A stretch of 50,018 nt of DNA, from NCBI GenBank assembly GCA_902756775.1, contig CACVSR010000001.1, positions 1 through 50,018 on the forward strand, in the 5' to 3' direction. Shown in pieces: positions 9,080-19,403 of this stretch. The notes below the pieces were generated by a model, which worked only from the letters and a program-made list of their open reading frames with translations, searched no databases and was not told the DNA's origin. The DNA is from an uncultured Lachnospiraceae bacterium (GTDB lineage: Bacteria > Bacillota > Clostridia > Lachnospirales > Lachnospiraceae). A program made the translations under genes and the position numbers. The number at the start of each line of letters is the position of its first letter. The first letter of the stretch is position 1.

Positions 9080-10630
9080 ATGGCAGTGACAAATTTTGCA
9101 GCCATTCACATCGGCAGCTATGATGTTTCGCTTGAAATATATGAAATATCCAGAAAATCCGGCATCCACTGCATCGACCGTGTGGTGCATCACATGGAGC
9201 TGGGAAGAGATTCGTTTACCAATGGGAAAATCGGACCGGATCTGCTGGATGAGCTCTGCACGGTCTTAAAGGATTTTGTCCGCACGGCTTCGGCCTACCG
9301 GGTAAAAGAAATACGGATCATTGCCACCAGTGCCGTGCGGGAAGCCCAGAACGACCTGTTTGTGCTGGGGAAAATTCAGCAGACGACCGGTCTGGCTGTG
9401 CAGATTTTAAGCAATTCCGAGCAGCGTTTTCTGAGCTACAAGGCAATTGCTTCGATGGAGACACGGTTTAATGATATGATCCGGAAGGGAACGGTTATCG
9501 TGGATCTGGGAGGCGGAAGCGTACAGATGTCCGTTTTCGATAACTCCGCCCTGATCACCACGCAGAATCTGCGTATGGGAAGCCTGCGGATCCGGGAGCG
9601 GCTGCAGACACTGGATTCGCTGACTACGGATTATGAAAAGATGATCCGGCAGCTGATCCGCTATGACCTGAAGAGCTTTAAAAAAATGTACCTGAAGGAC
9701 CGCAAGGTGGAAACCATCATTTTGAACGGAGACTTCCTGACGGAAGTTCTTTTCAGCGGAACCAGGTACCGCGACCGCTCCGCAAGACTCCTGTCGCGCG
9801 CGGATTTTGAAATCTGGTACAAGAGCATTGCCGGCCTGTCAGAGGAGGAACTGGCTGTCCGGTACGGTCTCACTCCGGAATTTGCCTCCCTGTTCCGTCC
9901 CTCCGCTGTGATCTACCATCAGATGGTGGAGGAGACTGACGCTTCCCTGATCTGGTTTCCGGGAACACACCTGACCAGGGGACTTGCCTACGAGTTCGCG
10001 GATGAGAACAATCTCCTGAAAATGGCCCATAATTTCGGCAATGATATTATTACGGCGGCCAGAAACATCGCAAAACGATATTCGGTCGGGAAGCCGCATA
10101 TAGACAATATGGACAGGAACGCCCAGGTTCTCTTTGATGCCACGGAGTCGGTTCACGGCATGAAGTCCAGGGACCGACTGCTGCTGCGCATCGCGGTCAT
10201 GCTGCATGACGTCGGAAAATACATCAGCTTCAATTATGTCAGTGAGAGCTCGTTTAACATTATCATGTCGAATGAAATTATCGGGCTTTCCCATGCGGAG
10301 CGCGAGTGCATTGCTCTTTCCGCCAGGTATATGACAGTTCCTTTCCCGCAGTATGAGGAGCTGGTGCAGGAGTCCAGCCTGAACCGGGAGCGGTATCTGA
10401 AGGTCGCCTATTTTGTCGCGATACTCCGATACGTCAACGCGCTGGACAGAAGCCATATGCAGAAGGTTCAGCAGCTGGAAGCGAAGATGAAGGATCAGAC
10501 CCTGCTGCTGAAGGTGACTGTTAACGAGGATTTTACTCTGGAAAGGGGTCTGATCAGGGAAGAAGCGGAATTTTTCACAGATGTATTCGGCCTTCGCCCG
10601 GAGATTAAAGTCAGCCGGGTTGTCGGCTGA
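9080..10630 (+). CDS. ppx: Ppx/GppA family exopolyphosphatase-like protein with C-terminal HD domain
   Basis: IATSAVREA, DLGGGS, LHDVGKY and ALDRSH motifs; directly upstream of ppk1. RBS AAGGAGG before ATG 9080. Confidence 0.85.
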   Translation: MAVTNFAAIHIGSYDVSLEIYEISRKSGIHCIDRVVHHMELGRDSFTNGKIGPDLLDELCTVLKDFVRTASAYRVKEIRIIATSAVREAQNDLFVLGKIQQTTGLAVQILSNSEQRFLSYKAIASMETRFNDMIRKGTVIVDLGGGSVQMSVFDNSALITTQNLRMGSLRIRERLQTLDSLTTDYEKMIRQLIRYDLKSFKKMYLKDRKVETIILNGDFLTEVLFSGTRYRDRSARLLSRADFEIWYKSIAGLSEEELAVRYGLTPEFASLFRPSAVIYHQMVEETDASLIWFPGTHLTRGLAYEFADENNLLKMAHNFGNDIITAARNIAKRYSVGKPHIDNMDRNAQVLFDATESVHGMKSRDRLLLRIAVMLHDVGKYISFNYVSESSFNIIMSNEIIGLSHAERECIALSARYMTVPFPQYEELVQESSLNRERYLKVAYFVAILRYVNALDRSHMQKVQQLEAKMKDQTLLLKVTVNEDFTLERGLIREEAEFFTDVFGLRPEIKVSRVVG

Positions 10631-10688
10631 TAAAGCAGGTGTTTTTAGAATATCCAGCGGACAGTACCGGGAGAAAAGGAGAGATACG

Positions 10689-12848
10689 ATGAAGCCTGAT
10701 CTGAAATCATATGAAAAGCCGGAATACTACTGGAACAGGGAGCTTTCCTGGATCCGTTTTGATGAGAGAGTGCTGCATGAAGCCATGGATGAAGCGGTCC
10801 CCCTCTTCGAGAGGCTGAAATTTCTGAGCATTACATCCTCGAATCTGGATGAATTTTACATGGTTCGTGTCGCGTCTCTGAAGGATATGATGCACTCGAA
10901 CTACACCAGGGCAGACATTGCCGGCATGACCCCGGAAGAACAACTCGCCGAAATCTCCAGAGCAGCGCACCGCATGGTGAAAACACAGTACGATACGTAT
11001 GTGGACGCTGTCCTGCCCAGACTGATGAACACGGGCGTCCATATTTTTCACCGGTATGAGAAGCTGACGGAGGCGCAGGCCTCCTATGTGGATTCCTATT
11101 TCGACGAGAGAATCTACCCGGTTCTGACACCGATGGCCATGGATTCCTCACGGCCGTTCCCGTTGATCCGGAATAAAACCCTGAATATCGGCGCGCTGAT
11201 CCAGAAGGTGGGAGAGACAAACCGGAGAAAACGGATGTTTGCCACTGTACAGGTGCCCTCCGTCCTTCCCCGCTTTATCGAGCTTCCGGAAGAGGGCGGA
11301 CAGAAAACGCTGATTCTCCTGGAGCAGATCATCGAGAGAAACATGGAGAAGCTCTTCCTGGGGTATGAGGTGGTATGTGCCTATCCCTACCGCATTATGA
11401 GGAACGCGGAGCTGGGAATTGATGAGGACGAGGCTGCCGATCTTCTGGTGGAGATCAAAAAGCAGCTGAAGAAAAGACAGTGGGGGGAGGTTATCCGCCT
11501 GGAGGTGGAGGACGGAATCGCCCCGGAGCTTCTGAATATCCTGAAGGAAGAGCTGCAGGTCCGGGAGGATGATATTTTCTATATTCCGGGTCCCGTGGAT
11601 CTTACCTTCCTGATGAAGGTTTACGGGCTTCCGGGGTTTGAGGATTTTAAAATACCCGCTTACCAGCCCGCGGAAGTGCCGGCTCTGCAGAATGATGATG
11701 ACATCTTTGCCAATATACGGAAGGAGGATATTTTCCTGCACCATCCTTACATGAGTTTCCAGCCGGTGGTTGATTTTGTCAAATCTGCCGCAAGGGATCC
11801 GCAGGTTCTGGCCATCAAGCAGACACTTTACCGGGTAAGCGGCAATTCTCCAATCATCGCAGCGCTGGCACAGGCAGCGGAGAATGGAAAACAGGTCACT
11901 GCGCTGGTGGAGCTGAAGGCCAGGTTTGATGAGGAACACAATATCGTCTGGGCGCAGAAACTGGAAAAAGCCGGATGCCATGTCATTTACGGACTGGTCG
12001 GACTGAAAACACACAGCAAGATCACCCTGGTGGTCCGCCAGGAGGAGGACGGCATCCGCCGGTATGTCCATCTGGGAACCGGTAACTACAACGATTCCAC
12101 GGCAAAGCTCTATACAGACTGCGGTATCCTGACCTGTGACGAGAGAATCGGAGAGGATGCCACTGCCGTGTTCAATATGATTTCCGGATATTCAGAGCCG
12201 GACCGCTGGAACAGTCTTGTCGTCGCGCCTGTGTGGATGCGTAAGCGCTTTCTGTATCTGATTCAGAATGAGATCCGCTATGCCCGCGACGGACAGGAGG
12301 CGTTTATCAGGGCGAAGATGAACTCTCTGTGTGACCAGGAGATAATCGCCGCTCTTTACAGTGCTTCCGCCGCCGGCGTGAAAATTGATCTGGTTGTCCG
12401 GGGTATCTGCTGTCTGAAAACAGGAATTCCAGGAGTCAGCGACAATATCCGAGTGCGTTCTATTGTCGGAAATTTCCTGGAGCATGCCAGAATTTTCTGG
12501 TTCCACAGCGGCGGCCGGGATGAGGTGTTCATGGGCAGCGCAGACTGGATGCCCAGAAATCTGGACAAGAGGGTAGAAATTGTATTTCCTTTGTACAATC
12601 CTTCTATTAAGAAGGAAGCCATGTTGATTCTGGAGAAGCAGCTGGCGGACACGGTAAAAGCATCGGAGCTTCAGCCGGACGGTACCTATCTGAAGAAAAC
12701 GGGACCGGAGGTTATTCCTTTCAATTCACAGGATTATTTCTGCAGATATGCGACCGAACAGGCAGGGAAGAAGAACCGGGAGGAGAAGGAAATGCGGACG
12801 TTTATCCCCGCGGAACCGGTCTCCTCAGACACGGAATATTACTCATGA
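10689..12848 (+). CDS. ppk1: Polyphosphate kinase 1
   Basis: NRELSW, SSNLDEFYMVRV, LHHPY, IKQTLYR, ELKARFDE, KTHSK, GTGNYN and GSADWMPRNLDKRVE motifs. Start set at ATG 10689. Confidence 0.97.
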   Translation: MKPDLKSYEKPEYYWNRELSWIRFDERVLHEAMDEAVPLFERLKFLSITSSNLDEFYMVRVASLKDMMHSNYTRADIAGMTPEEQLAEISRAAHRMVKTQYDTYVDAVLPRLMNTGVHIFHRYEKLTEAQASYVDSYFDERIYPVLTPMAMDSSRPFPLIRNKTLNIGALIQKVGETNRRKRMFATVQVPSVLPRFIELPEEGGQKTLILLEQIIERNMEKLFLGYEVVCAYPYRIMRNAELGIDEDEAADLLVEIKKQLKKRQWGEVIRLEVEDGIAPELLNILKEELQVREDDIFYIPGPVDLTFLMKVYGLPGFEDFKIPAYQPAEVPALQNDDDIFANIRKEDIFLHHPYMSFQPVVDFVKSAARDPQVLAIKQTLYRVSGNSPIIAALAQAAENGKQVTALVELKARFDEEHNIVWAQKLEKAGCHVIYGLVGLKTHSKITLVVRQEEDGIRRYVHLGTGNYNDSTAKLYTDCGILTCDERIGEDATAVFNMISGYSEPDRWNSLVVAPVWMRKRFLYLIQNEIRYARDGQEAFIRAKMNSLCDQEIIAALYSASAAGVKIDLVVRGICCLKTGIPGVSDNIRVRSIVGNFLEHARIFWFHSGGRDEVFMGSADWMPRNLDKRVEIVFPLYNPSIKKEAMLILEKQLADTVKASELQPDGTYLKKTGPEVIPFNSQDYFCRYATEQAGKKNREEKEMRTFIPAEPVSSDTEYYS

Positions 12849-12909
12849 GGACGTTAAATTACGTTCATCATTGAGTGGCTTTATTTACAAATGATTCATG
12901 GCAGCGGCA

Positions 12910-12938
12910 TTGACAAAGAAAAACGTATGACTTACAAT
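12910..12938 (+). promoter_or_regulatory. Sigma-A promoter for ilvN-ilvC
   Basis: TTGACA-17 bp-TACAAT. Confidence 0.75.
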
Positions 12939-13010
12939 ACGTAACAGCTTCGGGGATTGTATACAAGATTAAACAGGCAGCATTCCCGCAGCCCACTCGT
13001 GAGGTAGGAT

Positions 13011-13526
13011 ATGAAACAGAGAACCTTATCAATCCTGGTAGACAATACTGCCGGTGTTCTGTCCAGGCTTTCCGGCCTGTTCAGCAGAAGAGCCTATAAC
13101 ATTGACAGCATCTCCGCGGGAGTGACCGCGGATCCCAGATATACGCGGATCACAGTTGTCGCCACAGGTGATGATGATCTCGTGCTTGACCAGATTACCA
13201 ATCAGGTCCGGAAGCAGGTGGATGTCCGCGATGTAAAGGTGCTGGATCCGAAAAACAGTGTCAACAGGGAACTGATGCTCATAAAAATCCGCTGCGAGGC
13301 AGAGGAAAGACAGAACGTCATTTCTTTAGCTGATGTTTTCCGTGCCAACATTATTGACGTTGGAAGACATTCTCTGATCATTGAGCTTGTAGGCGGAGCC
13401 AGCAAGCTGAGCGCCTTTCTGGAGCTTCTGGATGGATATGAGATCCTGGAGCTTGCCAGAACCGGAATTACGGGACTTTCCAGGGGCATGGAAGACGTGC
13501 GTTATCTGGAAGACCTGGAGAAGTAA
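13011..13526 (+). CDS. ilvN: Acetolactate synthase small (regulatory) subunit
   Basis: LVDNTAGVLSRLSGLFSRRAYNIDS ACT domain; RELMLIK; ELARTG. Confidence 0.95.
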   Translation: MKQRTLSILVDNTAGVLSRLSGLFSRRAYNIDSISAGVTADPRYTRITVVATGDDDLVLDQITNQVRKQVDVRDVKVLDPKNSVNRELMLIKIRCEAEERQNVISLADVFRANIIDVGRHSLIIELVGGASKLSAFLELLDGYEILELARTGITGLSRGMEDVRYLEDLEK

Positions 13527-13548
13527 GTTCCGGGACCGGGTGGTTTGA

Positions 13549-14628
<1,080 letters not shown>

Positions 14629-14659
14629 GCTTTTTCTCGCGCACAGTTCCGCGATTGAC

Positions 14660-14691
14660 AGGGGGCTTCCGGGAAACCGGGGCTCCCTTTT
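14660..14691 (+). terminator. Intrinsic terminator after ilvC
   Basis: AGGGGGCTTCCGG-GAAA-CCGGGGCTCCCT-TTT stem-loop. Confidence 0.75.
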
Positions 14692-14734
14692 CTGTACCGG
14701 AGCGTTTTCCCAAAAAGGAAGGCTGGAGGAACTC

Positions 14735-14763
14735 TTGCGCGGCGGACAGCTGCCCGATATAAT
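14735..14763 (+). promoter_or_regulatory. Sigma-A promoter for leuCD-ygiQ-glpP
   Basis: TTGCGC-17 bp-TATAAT. Confidence 0.6.
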
Positions 14764-14854
14764 GATTGTGGCAGGGGAGGGCGTTTTGAAGAAACGGAAC
14801 AACTCGTGGCTTCATAATTAGAGAGAAAACAGATTTCAAGGAGGAATATTCAGG

Positions 14855-16120
14855 ATGGGAATGACAATGACTCAGAAGATTCTTGCGCATGCCGCGGGTC
14901 TCGATTTTGTGGAGCCCGGTCAGCTGATTGAGGCAAAGCTGGATCTTGTGCTGGGAAATGATATCACGACACCGGTCGCCATTCACGAGATGGAGCGGTT
15001 CAAGAAGCAGCAGGTCTTTGACCGGGATAAAATTGCCCTGGTGATGGATCACTTTATCCCGAACAAAGATATCAAATCAGCAGAGCACTGTAAGCAGGTC
15101 AGAGAGTTCTCCCATAAATACGAGATCACAAACTATTTTGATGTCGGACAGATGGGCATTGAGCACGCTCTGCTTCCGGAAAAGGGACTGGTTGTCGCAG
15201 GAGACGTAGTTATCGGCGCGGATTCCCATACCTGTACCTATGGCGCGCTTGGCGCATTTTCCACTGGGGTGGGAAGTACAGACATGGCAGCCGGAATGGC
15301 TACCGGAAAGGCCTGGTTCAAGGTTCCTTCTGCCATCCGGGTTGTCCTGACAGGAAAACCCGGAAAGTGGGTAAGCGGCAAGGATGTCATTCTTCATCTG
15401 ATCGGTGAGATCGGCGTGGACGGCGCGCTGTACAAGTCTCTGGAATTCACCGGAGACGGAGTGGCAAATCTCTCCATGGATGACCGCCTGACCATTGCCA
15501 ATATGGCCATCGAAGCCGGCGGAAAGAACGGGATTTTCCCGGTGGATGAGAAAACCGTTTCCTATCTGAAGGAGCACTCCTCCCGTCCATATCAGGTTTT
15601 CGAAGCGGATGCGGATGCGTCCTACGAGAGAACCGTAATCATTGATCTTTCAGCACTTAAGCCGACTGTTTCATTCCCGCATCTTCCGGAGAACACAAAA
15701 ACGATTGATGAGGTGGGAGAGATCCCGATTGACCAGGTCGTCATCGGATCCTGTACAAACGGAAGAATCCAGGATCTCCGCGAGGCGGCTGAGATTCTGA
15801 AGGGACGTAAGGTAGCAAAGGATCTTCGCTGTATTGTCATTCCGGCCACGCAGAAGATCTATCTTCAGGCGCTGGACGAAGGGCTGATCCGGACATTCAT
15901 CGAAAGCGGGGCCGTTGTCAGCACGCCTACCTGCGGTCCCTGCCTGGGCGGCTATATGGGCATACTGGCCGCGCACGAGCGCTGTGTTTCCACGACCAAC
16001 CGGAATTTTGTGGGAAGAATGGGAGACGTGACTTCCGAAATTTACCTTGCGAGCCCTGCCGTTGCAGCGGCCAGCGCCATAACAGGAAAAATCAGCGCAC
16101 CGTCCGAGCTTGGATTATAA
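14855..16120 (+). CDS. leuC: 3-isopropylmalate dehydratase large subunit
   Basis: [38 protein letters not shown] and [12 protein letters not shown] motifs. Confidence 0.93.
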   Translation: MGMTMTQKILAHAAGLDFVEPGQLIEAKLDLVLGNDITTPVAIHEMERFKKQQVFDRDKIALVMDHFIPNKDIKSAEHCKQVREFSHKYEITNYFDVGQMGIEHALLPEKGLVVAGDVVIGADSHTCTYGALGAFSTGVGSTDMAAGMATGKAWFKVPSAIRVVLTGKPGKWVSGKDVILHLIGEIGVDGALYKSLEFTGDGVANLSMDDRLTIANMAIEAGGKNGIFPVDEKTVSYLKEHSSRPYQVFEADADASYERTVIIDLSALKPTVSFPHLPENTKTIDEVGEIPIDQVVIGSCTNGRIQDLREAAEILKGRKVAKDLRCIVIPATQKIYLQALDEGLIRTFIESGAVVSTPTCGPCLGGYMGILAAHERCVSTTNRNFVGRMGDVTSEIYLASPAVAAASAITGKISAPSELGL

Positions 16121-16133
16121 GGAGGAACCGATC

Positions 16134-16622
16134 ATGCAGGCAGAAGGAAAAGTTTTTAAATACGGCGATAATGTAGACACGGATGTAATTATCCCTGCCA
16201 GATATCTGAATTCCTCGGATCCGAAGGATCTGGCGGCACACTGTATGGAAGATATTGACAGAGATTTTATCAAAAACGTGAAGACCGGCGATATCATTGT
16301 CGCCGCAAAGAACTTCGGATGCGGATCATCCAGAGAGCATGCTCCCATTGCCATAAAAGCTGCCGGTGTAAGCTGTGTCATTGCGGAGACGTTTGCCCGG
16401 ATTTTCTACCGCAATGCCATCAATATCGGACTTCCGATCATTGAATGTCCGGAGGCCGCCAGAGAGATTCAGGCCGGCGACGAGGTAAAGGTTGATTTTG
16501 ACTCCGGAAGGATTTACGACGTGACCAGAAATACCAGCTATCAGGGTCAGGCGTTTCCGCCGTTTATGCAGAAAATTATCTCTGCCGGCGGACTGGTCAA
16601 TTACATTAACGAAGAAAACTGA
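16134..16622 (+). CDS. leuD: 3-isopropylmalate dehydratase small subunit
   Basis: [26 protein letters not shown] and [14 protein letters not shown] motifs. AAGGAGG RBS before ATG 16134. Confidence 0.95.
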   Translation: MQAEGKVFKYGDNVDTDVIIPARYLNSSDPKDLAAHCMEDIDRDFIKNVKTGDIIVAAKNFGCGSSREHAPIAIKAAGVSCVIAETFARIFYRNAINIGLPIIECPEAAREIQAGDEVKVDFDSGRIYDVTRNTSYQGQAFPPFMQKIISAGGLVNYINEEN

Positions 16623-16634
16623 CAGGAGGATGCT

Positions 16635-18638
16635 TTGCGGAACACAGACAGAACCGGGTTTCTTCCCGTCTCAAAAGCAGATCTGAAGGAGGATGGAATC
16701 CGTCAGCCGGATTTTGTCTATGTCTGCGGCGACGCCTATGTGGATCATCCCAGCTTTGGGAGCGCTATCATAGGGAGAGTCCTGCAGGCGCACGGCTATA
16801 CGGTAGGAATGATCTGCCAGCCGGACTGGAGAGACCCCGGAAGCATCTGTGTTCTGGGAGAGCCCAGGCTCGGTTTTCTGGTGTCCTCCGGAAACATGGA
16901 TTCCATGGTAAATCACTATACGGTCGCAAAAAAACATCGGAAAAGCGACGCCTACAGCCCCGGCGGGAAGATGGGATTCCGTCCGGACAGGGCGGTGACC
17001 GTCTACTGTAATCTGATCCGCCGCACCTACCGGCACACGCCGGTTATTATCGGTGGAATTGAGGCGAGCCTTCGGCGTTTTGCCCATTACGATTACTGGT
17101 CTGACACGGTACGCCGATCCATTCTGCTGGAATCCGGAGCGGATCTGATCTCCTACGGTATGGGCGAAAAAAGTATCGTGGAAATTGCGGATGCCCTGGA
17201 TGCCGGTATTTCGGTGCATGACATCTCCTATATCGACGGGACTGTTTACAAGACCAGGGATGAGGCCGGGATTTATGACGCGGTAAGACTCCCCGACTTT
17301 GAGGAAATTTCTGCAGACCGGGTTCTCTACGCGAAGAGCGTGCGTCTGCAGTACGAAAATACCGATCCGTTTCAGGCAAAGCGCCTGTATGAGGCCTATG
17401 GAGGGAAAACCTTTGTGGTTCAGAATCCTCCTCAGAAGCCGCTGACCACCATGGAAATGGATGATATCTATGCCCTTCCCTACATGCGCAGGGCGCATCC
17501 CATGTATGACACAGAGGGAGGGGTTCCCGCACTGAAGGAGGTCCGTTTCAGTCTGACATCTAACCGCGGCTGCTTCGGCGGCTGCAATTTCTGTGCCATC
17601 ACCTTTCACGAGGGAAGGATTGTGCAGGCCAGAAGCCACGAATCTATTCTCCGGGAAGCGGAAGAGTTTCTGAAGGATCCTGAATTTAAGGGATATATTC
17701 ATGATGTGGGAGGGCCAACGGCGGAATTCCGGGGTCCTGCCTGTGAAAAGCAGCGGACAAAGGGAGCCTGCAGAAACCGCCAGTGCCTGTTCCCGGAGTG
17801 CTGTAAAAATCTTATTGTGGATCACAGTGATTACCGGAAACTGCTGCGTGAACTGCGGACGCTTCCGGGAGTAAAAAAAGTTTTTGTGCGTTCCGGTTTT
17901 CGTTTTGATTACCTGATGGCGGATCCCGACCGGAGCTTTCTTAAGGAACTCTGCCAGTATCATGTAAGCGGTCAGCTTCGGGTTGCCCCCGAACATATTT
18001 CCAACCGTGTGCTGCAGGAAATGGGAAAACCACGGACTGAGGTCTACCGCTCCTTTGTAGAAGAATTTGAGAAAATCAACAGAGAGCTGGGACTGAAACA
18101 GTATATTGTGCCCTATCTGATGTCATCCCATCCGGGAAGCACGCTGGAGGACGCGGTCGCGCTGGCGGAATATCTCCGCGACCTCGGATATATGCCGGAG
18201 CAGGTACAGGATTTTTATCCCACGCCCGGAACAGTTTCCACCTGCATGTACTACACAGGAATTGATCCCCGGACAATGAAAAAGGTCTACGTGGCGGTAA
18301 ATCCTCATGAAAAGGCGATGCAGCGCGCGCTGATCCAGTACCGGGATCCGGATAACTATGAACTGGTGAAGGAGGCGCTTCTGCGTTCCGGACGCAGGGA
18401 TCTGATCGGGTTTGACCGTCATTGCCTGATTCCTCCGCGGAAAATCGCGCGGCCAGCAGGGGAAGGGCAGAAAAAGAGCCGGCAGAGGCTGAAAGCACAG
18501 GGACAGAATCAGCACGGCGGACCGAAGATCAGGCTTGAACCACAGAGCCGGAAAAAGCGGAAAGAGACCATGATACCGGAAAGAGACTCTAATGCCGGAA
18601 GAAGCAGTAAAAGAGTTTTACACCGGAAGAAAGACTGA
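16635..18638 (+). CDS. ygiQ: YgiQ (UPF0313) family radical SAM protein
   Basis: GDAYVDHPSFG, GNMDSMVNHYT, GGIEASLRR, RGCFGGCNFC (CxxxCxxC), DVGGPTA and QVQDFYPTP motifs. TTG start. Confidence 0.93.
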   Translation: MRNTDRTGFLPVSKADLKEDGIRQPDFVYVCGDAYVDHPSFGSAIIGRVLQAHGYTVGMICQPDWRDPGSICVLGEPRLGFLVSSGNMDSMVNHYTVAKKHRKSDAYSPGGKMGFRPDRAVTVYCNLIRRTYRHTPVIIGGIEASLRRFAHYDYWSDTVRRSILLESGADLISYGMGEKSIVEIADALDAGISVHDISYIDGTVYKTRDEAGIYDAVRLPDFEEISADRVLYAKSVRLQYENTDPFQAKRLYEAYGGKTFVVQNPPQKPLTTMEMDDIYALPYMRRAHPMYDTEGGVPALKEVRFSLTSNRGCFGGCNFCAITFHEGRIVQARSHESILREAEEFLKDPEFKGYIHDVGGPTAEFRGPACEKQRTKGACRNRQCLFPECCKNLIVDHSDYRKLLRELRTLPGVKKVFVRSGFRFDYLMADPDRSFLKELCQYHVSGQLRVAPEHISNRVLQEMGKPRTEVYRSFVEEFEKINRELGLKQYIVPYLMSSHPGSTLEDAVALAEYLRDLGYMPEQVQDFYPTPGTVSTCMYYTGIDPRTMKKVYVAVNPHEKAMQRALIQYRDPDNYELVKEALLRSGRRDLIGFDRHCLIPPRKIARPAGEGQKKSRQRLKAQGQNQHGGPKIRLEPQSRKKRKETMIPERDSNAGRSSKRVLHRKKD

Positions 18639-18653
18639 AAGAGGAGTTCATCT

Positions 18654-19232
18654 ATGCATCTGTCCAGGCATCCGTTTAAGGAATTGCTGGAAGATTGTCC
18701 GGTAATTGCCGCGGTAAAAAGCGAGGAAGGGCTGCAGCGAAGCCTGCAGTCAGACAGTGGCATTATTTTTATTCTTCATGGAGATCTCTGTGGCATCGGG
18801 GAAATTGTGCGCCGTGTCCATGACGCCGGAAAAACCGCGATGGTACACACCGACCTGATCAGCGGGCTATCCGGCAAGGATATCTGTGCGGTCGATTACC
18901 TCCGGAACGAGACCGGGGCGGACGGCATCATCTCCACAAAGCCGTCCATGGTGCGCCATGCCGGCGAAATCGGCATGTACTCTGTCCTTCGGGTTTTTCT
19001 TCTGGATTCCATGGCGTACGAAAATATTTCCAGACAGAGCCAGCAGGCACGCCCGGACTGCATCGAGGTTCTTCCCGGACTGATGCCAAAGGTGATCTGC
19101 CGGATTGTCGGACAGGAACAGATACCGGTTATCGCGGGAGGGCTGGTGTCCGACAAGGAGGATATCATGAATGCGCTGCAGGCGGGTGCGGTGTCGGTGT
19201 CCACAACAAAGGAAGAGCTGTGGTTCGTCTGA
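18654..19232 (+). CDS. glpP: Glycerol-3-phosphate-responsive antiterminator family protein
   Basis: PVIAAVK, HTDLISGL, ADGIISTK, RVFLLDS, IEVLPG, PVIAGGLV and AGA..VSTT motifs. Confidence 0.9.
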   Translation: MHLSRHPFKELLEDCPVIAAVKSEEGLQRSLQSDSGIIFILHGDLCGIGEIVRRVHDAGKTAMVHTDLISGLSGKDICAVDYLRNETGADGIISTKPSMVRHAGEIGMYSVLRVFLLDSMAYENISRQSQQARPDCIEVLPGLMPKVICRIVGQEQIPVIAGGLVSDKEDIMNALQAGAVSVSTTKEELWFV

Positions 19233-19309
19233 AACGTGAAACAGATTCATTTTGTAAACCTATGATATTCAGCGGTCAGGAAAAAAGAATTCTTTAGTTA
19301 TATTTTACA

Positions 19310-19361
19310 TTGAAGTTCACAGAAAAATTTCTTATCATACAGGGTAAATGTTTATTTACCC
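19310..19361 (+). promoter_or_regulatory. Sigma-A promoter plus palindromic operator for the ABC operon
   Basis: TTGAAG(19310)-17 bp-TATCAT(19333), then a perfect inverted repeat GGGTAAAT-GTTT-ATTTACCC (19342-19361). Confidence 0.65.
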
Positions 19362-19403
19362 GGCGCAAGAGGCAGAACAGGAAGATACGGAAAGAGGGGC
19401 ACG

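Noticed and set aside
19233-19403. Purine riboswitch ahead of the nucleoside ABC operon
   Set aside because: The conserved aptamer core (TATAAT...GATATGG...GTTTCTACC) is absent, and the leader after the predicted promoter is only about 60 nt.
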